From the NCBI GenBank assembly GCA_964035545.1, contig OZ037765.1, positions 28,395,504-28,459,503 on the forward strand: a stretch of 64,000 nt of DNA, in the 5' to 3' direction. Shown one piece after another: positions 14,101 through 26,100 of the stretch; within the stretch, counting starts at the first letter, position 1; each line of letters opens with the position of its first letter. The position numbers were made by a program, and so were the translations under genes. The DNA is from Bugula neritina. Taxonomy: Eukaryota; Animalia; Bryozoa. Under the pieces are notes generated by a model that saw nothing but the letters and a program-made list of their open reading frames with translations, ran no database searches and was not told the DNA's origin.

Positions 14101-17100
14101 AACAAGATATATAACAGTTGAATTGTTTTATAATTTTAAGCAATTTCCTGCCATTATTTGATTACATTTTTGCTTTAGTTTTGTTCAGCTCAAGAAAATC
14201 ACCATAATTGTTACTATTAATATTATTATTATTATTATTGTTAATACAATAGTATAAGTAATCCAGTATTACTAGTACCGTTTGTTTGCCAAGTGCATTA
14301 TTCATGGATTGCAGTTGGATCTCTGTTAAAAGTGCATATTAATAAAATAATTTTGTATTTATAGAATATAAATCTAAAAGCAGTAAATAAGTCACTTTAT
14401 AATATGTTTCAAATAATGAAAATCTACAAAACCTTTTCACTGAATCAATATTAAGTTAATTTAGCAAGTTAGTTGGTTGTTAGTTGGTATTTTCTGACCA
14501 AACTATCTTTAATGTTTTTGAGAAATTATACATCATCATCACTTTGCTTGTAGAAGTTAATTGGTACAGCGAACCTTACAGAAGTATCTGCCGTTAGTCA
14601 ATTTCAAAAGGTGCTGTCTACTTCACCTGGGAGGTACTTTCATATATTTAATCTCGTTTTTTGCACTTATGTTCTAATTTACATTGGTTCAATTACATAT
14701 TAAAATTACCTAATACCTATTCAATTTATTTATTGTATTTGAAAATTGCTTACTTTTTAAATTTAATATCAGTTAAAAACAGCTTGTATTTACAATTCTA
14801 TCAATCTATTTTTTTACATTTGATCGAGCTATCTGGAGTTGTTTCATTTTTTGTTTTTTTATTACAGTGACAGTGAGAAGCTAACTTGTGTTGACTTGTC
14901 TCTACGAGATCAGCTCAAGGATATCATTGTAAGAGTTTAAATATTACTTATACTTGTGGTTAACTAGAGTCTACCTAGTGTATGTACTATGTAGATGGTG
15001 TTATTATACACCTACATAAGTTATAAAGTCTTTTCAGTTGGTATTCTTTTCAGTTGGTATTATTATGGAGGATGCAGCCGTGAATATTTAATGGAAGATT
15101 TGTTTAAACAGTTGGCAATATTTTTTTTTCCTTATTCAAAGTTTTATTTTTTTTATAGAAAAATGGAGGAGATATCCAAGACGCTGTTCCTCTACTTGAT
15201 TTTACTTTACAAATTATACCCAAAGGTAGAGTAATCTTTAACCAATAGTTTGTTGGAATTGCTGAAAGCTGTAAAAGTAGAAGTTGTCTTCTCTTTCTGA
15301 CATGTTTATAAAGTTGCTCATTAGTTGGCATATTATTTATATAAGACTTTTGTAGAACCACAAAAAACTCATGCAAGTTTATAGTCACTGTCTCTGTGAC
15401 AAACCTCTGATGGGAAGGGTTTTTGTTAGAACGGGCTAAGGACTTGTTTAGATGAGGCACGGGAGCAATTATGACTGGATGCTCTTTCTAACATCACCAA
15501 TGGCCTTTGTCCGGGTTCAAACCCATGTTGTAGAACCACAGATTCACTTTAAATTGTAAAATTTATTTTCTTTACTCAGCTTTGAGTAATGAAAAGCTCA
15601 CAATAAACATTTGTTTTTCAAAAGTTTTAGGAATTGGCTTCTTTTTTATTTAATCTCAACTAAGCAAAGCAACGAATTATTTGAAAAAAAGTTACATGTT
15701 TCAACTTTCTTATAAAGGCAATTATAAATAATTTGGGAAACAAGTTTTTTAAAATATTCATACTGTGACTGAAACTGTGTGAATGTGCATTTTTAAAAGC
15801 CAAATAAATGTAATTGCTAACTGCCATGTTAATTTTTGTATTCACAATGTCTGTAAGTATGTTTTTATTTTATAAATTTTCTTGTAGCCTTATAGCTCCA
15901 TTCAAAAATGTATGATTCTCAAAGATTTTTGAAGACAAAAGTTCTGAGAGTTTTGAGTTGAGCTGTCAGAGTAGTTTCAAATTCTTCAGTGTTTTTTTGA
16001 ATTTGGTCACCAGAAAAAATATCTAATAACTGAATTACTAAATAAAAACATCTTAATTTATTTAAATTCATATTCACGTTGAAAATAAATTGGTTATAAA
16101 TGTATGACCAGTTACAATTTATTTTATGATTATATTTTTAAATAGTAATGAAACACTTTCAGAGTGTATAAAGCAGAAATTTTAAACTGATAATTTAATT
16201 TGGGCTTTTTAACCTTCCTACACAATGCCTCTGATTCAACTGTATCTGAGCAACATTATGCCGTCTTTATCTCTACAACCTATTTTAATGTTTGTGCACT
16301 TTGTAAATTACCATCTATTTTATTTGTTTAGTGGGTAAATTCATAGGTTTGAAAGTCAATGCTGAAGGTATGCTCAGAAATTTATTGAGTTAAATTTGTT
16401 AACCACAACTGAGAATGTTTGCATGTTCAACTATGTTATACTTTCAACTTCTACAGTTGGATTTGTATTTCTAATGCCTTGTTTCTAATTATCTGTAAGA
16501 GCAACAAACTTAACTATTTGATTGTTTCTGCATGTGGTAAATTTTGCTGTGTTGTTTTCTAAGAGCGAAATTACTGAAAGATCTGTTGATTTCAATTCAA
16601 TAAACTGTTATATTCTTGTCAATGGAGGCATACCCCTACCATATTCTGGTAAATTCCTGTGATTCTCTATATAAATCATGGTGTCCTTGTAGAATCTTGT
16701 CCACTGGGTACCATATTCAGTATGTTAATGGACCTGGCTGATTGCTCTACCATATCACAGTGTGAAGACCTGTTTACATATGTTGAAGGAAAAATGGGGA
16801 AGTTTAAGTCTGTAAGTTTCAATAGGCGTCTGTGTATTAAATATTTCTTTACTTAATATTTATACTCCACTTTCATCATGCACTAAAAACTTACCTGTAT
16901 TTTTTGTAGGAACCTTTTTTCGCAAAGGGCAAAAACCACCTTCTTAGGATGTGCAATGGTAAGGCATACTATATACCTTTCTGTAAAAATTTAATTTTTT
17001 TATTTTCAAAAAGTGTTGGTAGGTCTAAAATACCGATGTGTTGTCTTCTGCTATGATAGATATATTTATGGTTTGTTTGAAGTAAAAAATGTCACACTAT

Positions 17101-20100
17101 TTTTATTTGTGTACAGATATTCTCAAAAAGCTGTCTAAATCTCAGAATACAGTGTTTTGTGGGAGAATACAGTTATTTCTGGCTGGTCTCTTCCCTTTGA
17201 CAGAAAAATCTGGTAAGTGTGCTACTGTTGTCCAACGGTGATTTAAATGTTAAGTATTGTAGCATATCTAGTCTATAAATTCAAGTGTTGGTGGAGCACT
17301 TCTGATTGCTTGTTGTGTTTTTTCAGGATTGAATCTTCTCAGTGAGTTCAACTTGGATAATTTGACCATCTTTGGCAGCACTTCGCTGTCAGTAGACACC
17401 GTAGAGGTCTGTATGTGCTGTTTCTACATCCCAGACACTAATTATCTTTTTGTAACTATTTGCTACAAGTTTTTGGAATCAACAATAATACTCCATCTTT
17501 CTTTTATATGCAAAGTTTTCTAAATGTTTATATTTTATTAATAATTATAAAATTTAAAAATAGGTTTTGTGAAAGAATGCATTTGAATTAATATCATACG
17601 CGTTACAGTTGCCACCAGTAAAACAAGATGAGCAAATGGATACGGAGGAGTTTGGGCTGTCTTTAGCCAAGTAAGTGCATCCATAGAGGGTTTCTTTTTC
17701 TCTTTCGATGACTTAGTGTCCAGTTGGCACTACTGTTTACAATGTGCTATATTTCTTTCTATAAGTTTTTCCATCATTATGCAGTGCATATATTATTCAT
17801 TAATAAAAGTGGTGTTTTAGAGATGCTCCTGTAGACTATAATTTCTACACTAAGTTCTGGTCTCTACAGGATTTCTTCAGGGAGCCCACGCAGTGCTACA
17901 ATCTCTGGAAAAAATTTTCAACGGTATCTTGTTTTTGTCACTTTTTATTAGTTTTTCTCTAAATTAAAGAATTTCTAAGAAATGACCAGTTTAATTAAAC
18001 TTTATAGCCATAAGTTAATATTATGATCTATTCGGTGTACTTGGTTGTTGATTGTACTATGAGAATTAATTATTTCAATATCGTAACTGTTGAAGAAATT
18101 TGATAACTTTTCTGTATTACAGTAATATGTAATACTTCTCTGTAATATGTAATACTTCTCTGTAATACAGTGATACTTCTCTGTAATACAGTAATACTCC
18201 TCTGTAATACAGTAATACTCCTCTGTCGCTATGTCATAGTATACCGACTCAGTGCTGGACACATTTAAGAGCCTCAAGTTGGATGATGCCAAGATGATGA
18301 GTCAGAGACAGAAGCTGAAGTACGTCAAGTCTGTTAGAGATCGGCACACCTTCTTTGCTAAGTACTTGACTAGTGACAAGGTAAGATAACTACTGTTAAT
18401 ATTGTGAGTTGCATGTATATGTATATGTTAATAGTATAGTATATAGTATAGTTATATATATATATTTATTTTTTGTGTGTATTATATACCACTGTATATA
18501 TAGTTTGTGTTTTGAATGTATATACGAGTATATAATTGATATGTTAAATAAAAAGCTGCATTAAAAGTGTTTTAATTACTTGGTTTGTTGTTTTTGTCTA
18601 TAGCCTGTATTTTGGCTGATTCTCAGACACTATGTCATCATTTCTATTTTGTGTATACAAGCGGAATAATGGTGGGATTGATGGGCAGTGTCAATGGTAG
18701 TTTATTCTTTGAGTTTTATCACAAACTTTGGATAATTTGCTGAATATTATTTTAGAAGTTTAGTAGCTACTAGCTATGATTTCCCATGTTGGATTGTCTC
18801 TTGCAGCTCTTCAATCTCCAGCTGAGTGATGGAAATTTCAGACGATATGTTCTTGTACAGTTCCTGATCCTTCACCAGTACTTGACATCTCAAGTGAAAT
18901 TCCGGGTGTAAGTCCAACTAATTTAGTGTATGTTTAATGTTAGACTCATTGTATACTTTTATACATTCATAATGTGCAAACCGTACTGTACATAAAGTAA
19001 AATCTACCGTCTTGTTGATTTTCACATACTATTTTTTCTACTTGTTTATTCATATTATGATAATTATTCAATAGTTTCTTGAATATGATGAGAAAAGGTG
19101 AAAGTTTCTGTATTTAATCTCATGATTAGTTGGAAATGTTTCTTTAGAAAGTTGCTGTGTTGATACAGCCTGTGTGTGAGAAAGAGTTTGAGGGTTACTG
19201 TAGGATATGATATGGTGCTACTAATATTGCTATTATGCTGTTCTGCAGCTCGACACTTGGCCTCACAGAAGAACAGACCAAGTGGCTGACTAAACTGAGA
19301 AAGAATGTTCTGGAACTAATCTCAGAAACGCCACCCAATGGCCCGGCCTTTGCTGAGACTGTTGAGGTATACATATTCCACTGAAGGCTTTCTACTCATC
19401 ACATTTTATTTGTATTTTTTTGGTTTTTCGTTGTGTATTTTTTGACATTCAATATACTGGTCAACTTACCCGTCTTTTTAAAAATTTATGTTCTATCAGT
19501 CATGCCTTTGAGTGCAGAGTTGCACAGTGTTGTTTCTTGCAGCAGTTGTGAATATAATTACCTTACTTCATAATAGTGACATTTTATACTTTTTAGCACC
19601 TCTTGTCATATTCTATGGTATATGATAGGTTTTAGTTATTTAGTGTAATAATTGTCAAGTTTTCTTTCTCAGAGAGTATTGGAGATGGAAAGCTCATGGA
19701 ACAGCTGGAAAAATGAGCAATGTCCTAGCTTTGTCAAGAGAGCAGATCCTAAAGAACAGCGAACTAGAATCATGTATGTATTCTACGCAGCCTCTCTTTC
19801 AACAATGTTGTTAGTGATACTGTAGAGTATTTAACTCTAACTGAGGTTGTATACTAATTAGTGAGTGTGTCACTGTGTTGCATGGAGTGGTTCACTGGTT
19901 CTTTATTTACTTATCTTATATACCGTGAAACTTAAATTAACACAAATTATACCAATATAAAAACAAAGTACAAACAAAAACACTAAATACAGGTGGTGTA
20001 AAATAATTATGGTGGAATACAAAAATGGAATACAGAACTTTATGAACAAAATATAAAATTAAATAAATGAAACTCTACTGACCTTTGGTCTCCTGCTGAC

Positions 20101-22836
20101 ACACTATATTATGTTATGCAAAATTTATGACTACTAACAACAGAGATCTGAGAGTGACTAAATCCAGCAACTAAATCCAGTACACATCTGTCAGCTGGCT
20201 ACATAACAAAACTTCGGTTGCCCATTAAATTCCAAGTCATTTAAAAGCCACACAAGCAAGCATGGATGAGGTACAGCAGTGAGTCGAGCAGCAGGCAATC
20301 CATAAACCCAAGCTTTCTCAACCACAAAGCCTGGGGTAGTCCGAGTGAACTAAGAGATGACTATTATATTTTTACAGATACATTGTTACTAAGCTACTCA
20401 GTCGCACAGCTCACATGTTCGTCTGAGTTCTTTTTTCTAATTAATGGGTTTTGTTGTGGGAATATACTTCGCTTATAAAAATAATAATCAACTATAATAT
20501 ATTTTTACCTTTGACAAAAGTAAATGCAACTTAATTGGTAAATGTTAGTCATCTATATTGGCAATTATATAAGAGCAAGGTAGAATATACATGTGTGTTT
20601 GGTAACTAGTCATAATGTGACACATTGCATGCGAGTTTCCTGACAAAACTGGGAAGGGAAGGTTGTTTTGGTTATTCAAAGTTGAATCCTATGCAAAACT
20701 GAATTGAATTCAAAAACAAAGTTAGCTTTGCTATTCAAAAGACCTGTGAAACTGGGAAATAATCTGGGAGGAAACAAGTTATATTATTACACATGTATAC
20801 TAATATTCTGTCTATAAACATGATATGATACAGGTGCCAAGGAGTAGTTAAGGCAAGCAATTATATGTTTTCCTTACTGCTCAATATGTTATTTAGAGCA
20901 TTCCTAGACATTGTACACATTATGAAAGTATTTGTTGGTAGTGTACGAAAAAGATCTATGGTTGATGATCTCAACATAACAGATCCAAAGATGATTAATC
21001 TGGGCAACAATGAGCTAAACAGACTTTGGAATCTGCATGCAGACAACGAAGCTATTATAAGGTTTATCTTATCTCGGGTCATGTTGTGTGAAATACTTCA
21101 CTTGCTTAGAGTCAATGTTGCATGTAATGTACATTTAGATGAAACATTTCACATTCTCAATCTGTCTAGGTCAGAGAAGAGGCAGTTTGTTCCTGCCATA
21201 GAGCAGTACTTTGAAGATGCCATAATGGCCGCTGATCCGGCTAACCAAATAGAAGATTCCTATAAGTGAGTTGTCATCTCTTGCTCTGTATACTTGAAGT
21301 TGTATCCTTTTTAGCTCTCCACCGAGTCCTTTTTTTCTACCATATAAAGATTTTATAAACCCTTTCCATCAGAGCTTTTCGCAGGGATAGCGTGAGTTCA
21401 TAAAGAATGTATGAACATTAGTATTACCGCTTTTGAATGTAAAACGTTTTTTTAGAGACGTTCACAAACCAGGGTGGCAATGGCGGGCTCTTCGTCTACT
21501 CTCAAAGAAAAGTAGACATTTGTTTGAGCAAACGCAGACTCCTGCTAGGAAAATACCAGACTACCTTGAAGACATCATGAGGAAGTTGGCTAAAGAGATC
21601 ACTGTAAGTCATATAGCTGTGGCTAGACTTCCATCTAGTAGAAGGTTGGCTTGTCTAGTCCAATGTCTCTGTTATTGTTCCCAATAATAGCAGATCATGG
21701 GTCGAGCTGATTTGTCATTGCTATTCTGTTGACGCTGCAGCCAACTGGAGATCCAGGTGGATCCAACCAGGAAGAGGAAGTTTCTCTCCAAACTGGTCAG
21801 GCAAATGAAGAAGAAATTGATGTGGAAGCAGAGGAGGTGTTGAATAATACAGCTGGTGAAAATGACACTAGCAAACCTGGTACAACTCCTGTGGCTGATA
21901 TTAGCCAGTCAAATATCGGTGTGTTAATATTTCTTGAAGTGAATTTAAAAATTCATATTTGTGCAAGTCCATTAGGCACTTTTACAGTAGGAAACTTCAA
22001 GTTTGCTGAATCTTTCTAATATATTACAGGTTCAGAATAAATTCTATGTTAGATACAGGCAAATGGTAAATGCAGCAAGAATGTATTGATTAAAATCAAA
22101 TGGTACAATTTTTGGTCAGTTTTATTTCCTGATGTTGTAGAATATATTTTGCAGTGTAATAAGGCACATATCATTGTAGATCTCAAATTAATGATACAAA
22201 AAATTAGTAGGTGGCAGACGGTCTTTGCAGGGCTAGATTCCTTCAAATTAATTTTTTAACTTATCTGATGCATTTGATGACTTCCTAGAGTTATCATCTA
22301 TTATGATCTTATCAGATGTTGATTTCCCTCTATCATTACTTCAGCTAACAACGATGATATTATGGAGACTACACAGACCTTGCTGTGTTCTCTGGTATCG
22401 AATGACCACATCAATTCAATAGCTGAGCATGTAGCAGATAAATGGGAGAAGCTCGCTACTCAGTTCACCGAGTTGGACCAAGATGATCTCAATTACTTTA
22501 AGGATAAGGAAACCCCATTACTACAGGCCTCTAACATGCTTACAGTTTGGAAGGTAGGCTTATCGATTGTAAGGTAGTCTTATAGATGGTAAGGTAGGTA
22601 GGGTTACAGTTCAAAGGGTTTGCTTATTTTAAAAGGTAAGCTGTCTTGAAAGTTTTTGCAACAGTTTTAGGATATTTTTGTTATGTAATGTTTTTATTTC
22701 TCATTTTCCACATCAATTTTCTCTGCAGGAGATGCTAAACAATAAAGCTACAGTGGAGAAGATGTCCTCTGCATTGAAAGCTGCCGGCATGTCTGAAGTG
22801 GCTATCAAAGTTTTTGGACCATCAGTCTACAGTTAG
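11126..22836 (+). CDS. THOC1: THO complex subunit 1 with C-terminal death domain; about 20 exons (first 11126-11185, then 14554-14633, 14868-14928, 15159-15225, 16693-16811 ... last 22729-22836)
   Basis: Spliced peptides [88 protein letters not shown] and WQWRALRLL are diagnostic of THOC1. Splice sites are GT-AG. The start exon is less certain than the core. Confidence 0.93.
11435..13325 (-). mobile_element. 5'-truncated non-LTR retrotransposon (CR1 group), antisense in THOC1 intron 1
   Basis: About 570 uninterrupted codons of ORF2 (stop at 11596) with RT motifs [43 protein letters not shown] and LFADD. There is no endonuclease domain. A 3' UTR of about 160 bp ends in short tandem repeats (tcgaagta tcgaagta agta agta) rather than poly(A). 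Confidence 0.93.
13843..14030 (+). mobile_element. SINE-like element, probably tRNA-derived (copy 1)
   Basis: B-box-like ggttctaaccc followed by a body (aaaggccatt..tgatgttaggaagag..ccagtcataattgct..cacagagatagtgactataaacttgc) that recurs inverted at 15362-15530. A short similar fragment lies near 21357-21408. Confidence 0.7.
15362..15530 (-). mobile_element. SINE-like element (copy 2, inverted relative to copy 1)
   Basis: The reverse complement reads gggtttgaacccggacaaaggccattggtgatgttagaaagagcatccagtcataattgctcc...cacagagacagtgactataaacttgc, colinear with copy 1. Confidence 0.7.
18112..18226. repeat. 21-bp minisatellite (ctgtaatacagtaatacttct), about 5 copies, just upstream of a THOC1 acceptor
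   Basis: Tandem copies are visible and end about 12 nt before the acceptor near 18238. Confidence 0.85.
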
Positions 22837-23156
22837 CCAACTTAAGCAAGCAGAGTAGTGTGACGTACATATATGCTCCTGTGAATACAGTTTATTGTAA
22901 AGTGTAATGACTAGAGTGTACCAATGTAAAAATTGTTACAATTTTTACAATTATAATAAAAAAAACTCATTCTGTACAAAAAAATAACTGTGCAGCAATT
23001 TTGTTCATTATGATTGCAAATAAAACTAAGAAATAAATAATATAGTAAAATACTTGTAAAAAATATGTAGCAAATTTACAATTATATTGAACATGTTAAG
23101 TAGAAAATGTAAAACATGTGAAATTAGGTGAGATTGTTACTCCAGAGAGAGCAGAG

Positions 23157-26100
23157 CTACACGTCTGTAGGTAAGTGAGTTGTCCTCTCTATCACCATTT
23201 CTACGTGCGCCGGCTGCTGCTTCAATATATTCACAGCAGTATTATGTTCCATTCGATTAAAATCTACTCCGTTTACAGCCAGTATTTTATCTCCTGGAGA
23301 AAGTACTTCATTTGCTGATTGAGTATGTATTTTCGTTATGAAAATACCCTAAAATAATGCACAATGCTGATTGTAATCACAAATGTATAATTGTTAGGTA
23401 GACTAGTATGTACAAAATAATTGCAGTGATTTATAGCAGTGCAACTCTTATAAGTGGTGAAACATGGCACAAGCTTTAGACATCTCTTTTTGGCTTGGAG
23501 CACTTTGAAACCAGTAAACCCAATGCTGCACTAAAACTACAACTATTGTACCAGTTTGATGTAAAAAAAGAAAATTTGATCAAGAAAGTCAAAATAAACC
23601 AAAATTATTAAACTCCAAGTAGTTCGATCAAGTATAGCATTTATTTTCATTTGTTGATAAAGTTTGTCCAGCCAATGAGCAAAGGTCTATTAGACAAAGA
23701 TGAATATATAATGCTATCTTCTAGGCTTAAAGTATTGTCACTGTTAGAAAAATTGTTCAATACGAGAACATAAGCCAATTTTCAAACATCAATATAAGAC
23801 TTACCTCATCATGTGGCTTGTATGGATTTCCCTGCAGTCCAACACCACCAGCTATACTAAATCCTAATCCAGGGTTTTTCGCTATTGAAACTTTCAGCTA
23901 TAAATGAAAATCAGGTACATATAAGACAACTTTTGTACTAATAAATAATAGTCTCAAAGTTCATCAACACTGATAAAAACGACTGTTTATTAAAAATCAT
24001 AAGTCTGCAGTTGGCTCACAGAACACTGTAAAAATATGTTAGCAGCAAAATATAAATACACAAGTGATTATTGTGAACAACTAAATTAAAGCAAGAGTGA
24101 GTAAAAAAGTCTAACAAAATAATACAAAATACTTACTTTTTAATTCATAAAGCAGCTTACCCGAAAGTAATTGTTAGTAAAAAATAAAATATATTTGGTA
24201 AATATCAATACTTTTTATGAAAAAAGTATGACTAACAAATTAATGCAACAAATTTAGGAAATGTTAATAAACTTATAACTGTACAATAAGAACTGCAAGT
24301 GTATATACATTACATAGACCTACAGTTACACATCTGTGTTTAGAAAGGAATTAAAGGGATGGAGAGATTGCTCTGAAAAACTTACAATTCTATTTTTGCT
24401 GGGTGGGTCAACCTCAAGGCCAGTGGGTATTATTTGTTTATGAGGGAGTTTAGGGGACTTTCTAGTGGGAGGAGGCAAGTAGCTATAGTTGGAGGTGTGT
24501 TTCACAGAGTGGGCACTAGGTAGATGCCCGTTAGCCATTTGCTGGTATGGGGAGGCGACACCTGAGTGAAGTGGTTTATGGGAAGCTTGATGACCTCTAG
24601 GCATGTGAATTTGGCTGTCGGCGGCTTCTACTCCAGGCTATAAACAGGAAGAGTATCTCATATACTTTGATATATTCTCAAATAACTGAAAATACTAATA
24701 GTTAAGTAGAAAGTTGGTAGAGTTTGGTTATTTAGGTGAAAAATTAGTTTAGAACTTGAGGTTATTTAGTGGACAACAAAAAATTAATCATTATTGTAAT
24801 TAATAAACATAGACACAGTACTTATGTTTTACAATTTTAAAATTTGAGGGTGAAACATTGCAAATAAATTTTCATAACTTCATGGGCTAGCCTATTGTTG
24901 GTTATTAATATTTAGAAAAATCAATTTAATAAAACTCAATAGCTATTTCCCTTATTCAGCTTCAGTTCAAGGTATTTAACTGCTAGCCAGAGCACAAATA
25001 AACAACATTTTGCTAACCTTGTTAACGACCCCATATAGCTCACTGGTATTGCTCCACGAAACACCATTGTCATTGGGTGCACCACTAAACAAGGCAGGGG
25101 GTGGTACCATATCGTTAGCAGCAGACAACATCTGAGAATGAGGTCGAGTTAACTTCTTGTCGGACTCTCTCCCATAGCCGAGTCGACCCAAGCTTTTAGA
25201 TATTTGAGCTGCATACGCCGTGTCCACCGGACCATCCTCCTGTAAATATACATCGACCAATGAGAGCTTGTTACTAATTACAGATTCAATATATAGGCTA
25301 CAGCATATGAAACCATACACTTAGATTATTGAAGCTGCTGAATTAGAACAGACAACTCCTACTACTGTCTTGTGCATTTAACTTACACTTGCATCATAGA
25401 ATTTGGACCTCTGATTGGCTAATTGGTGGGATTTAGCAGACGTTTCTGCCTTTGCAGTGTTAGTACTGTTGGATCTTTGTACAAGAACTGGCTTTTTACA
25501 ATTTTCTATTGGAGAATAATAACTGGCACCGTTAGTATTTTCATGAGCTATAACCCCCATAGACGAAGGGCGCTTTGACAGACTAGGTGTGACGGGAGTA
25601 CTAGTGACTGCGTGAAGAGCGCTGGTCACAGGATTGGCTGTGACATTCACAAACGAAGTGTTGACATTTCTAATGTTCTCCTCCACGCCATACGATTTAA
25701 ATGGAGTATTGTCATGGTTGGTGGCATCTTCATGTAGAGGAGACGACCTTGGAACCCCATCATTGCTTGCTCCATCAGGACCAGGGTCCCTGGTGGGGGG
25801 TTTGTAAGGCGGAGGGGGTGGAGGAAATACATTATTCTAAAAACAAAAAGCCATGCAGCTACGCTTTGAAAAACGAAGTTCTATAAAAAGACATGCATAT
25901 AAAAACACACACAGCGAGACCTACAAACTTAAAATTTATCGTCATGCCATTAATTCCCTACTTGGTTATTTGGCTGTATAGCATTGGGAGGAGCTTAGTC
26001 TAAAATCCGCTACAGTTTTGTGTGTGTGTGAGGGGGACTTCACAATTGTTATCCAGTTTATTATTCAAGTTTCTAGGAGCTGTGCTACTAGAGCTGTTTC

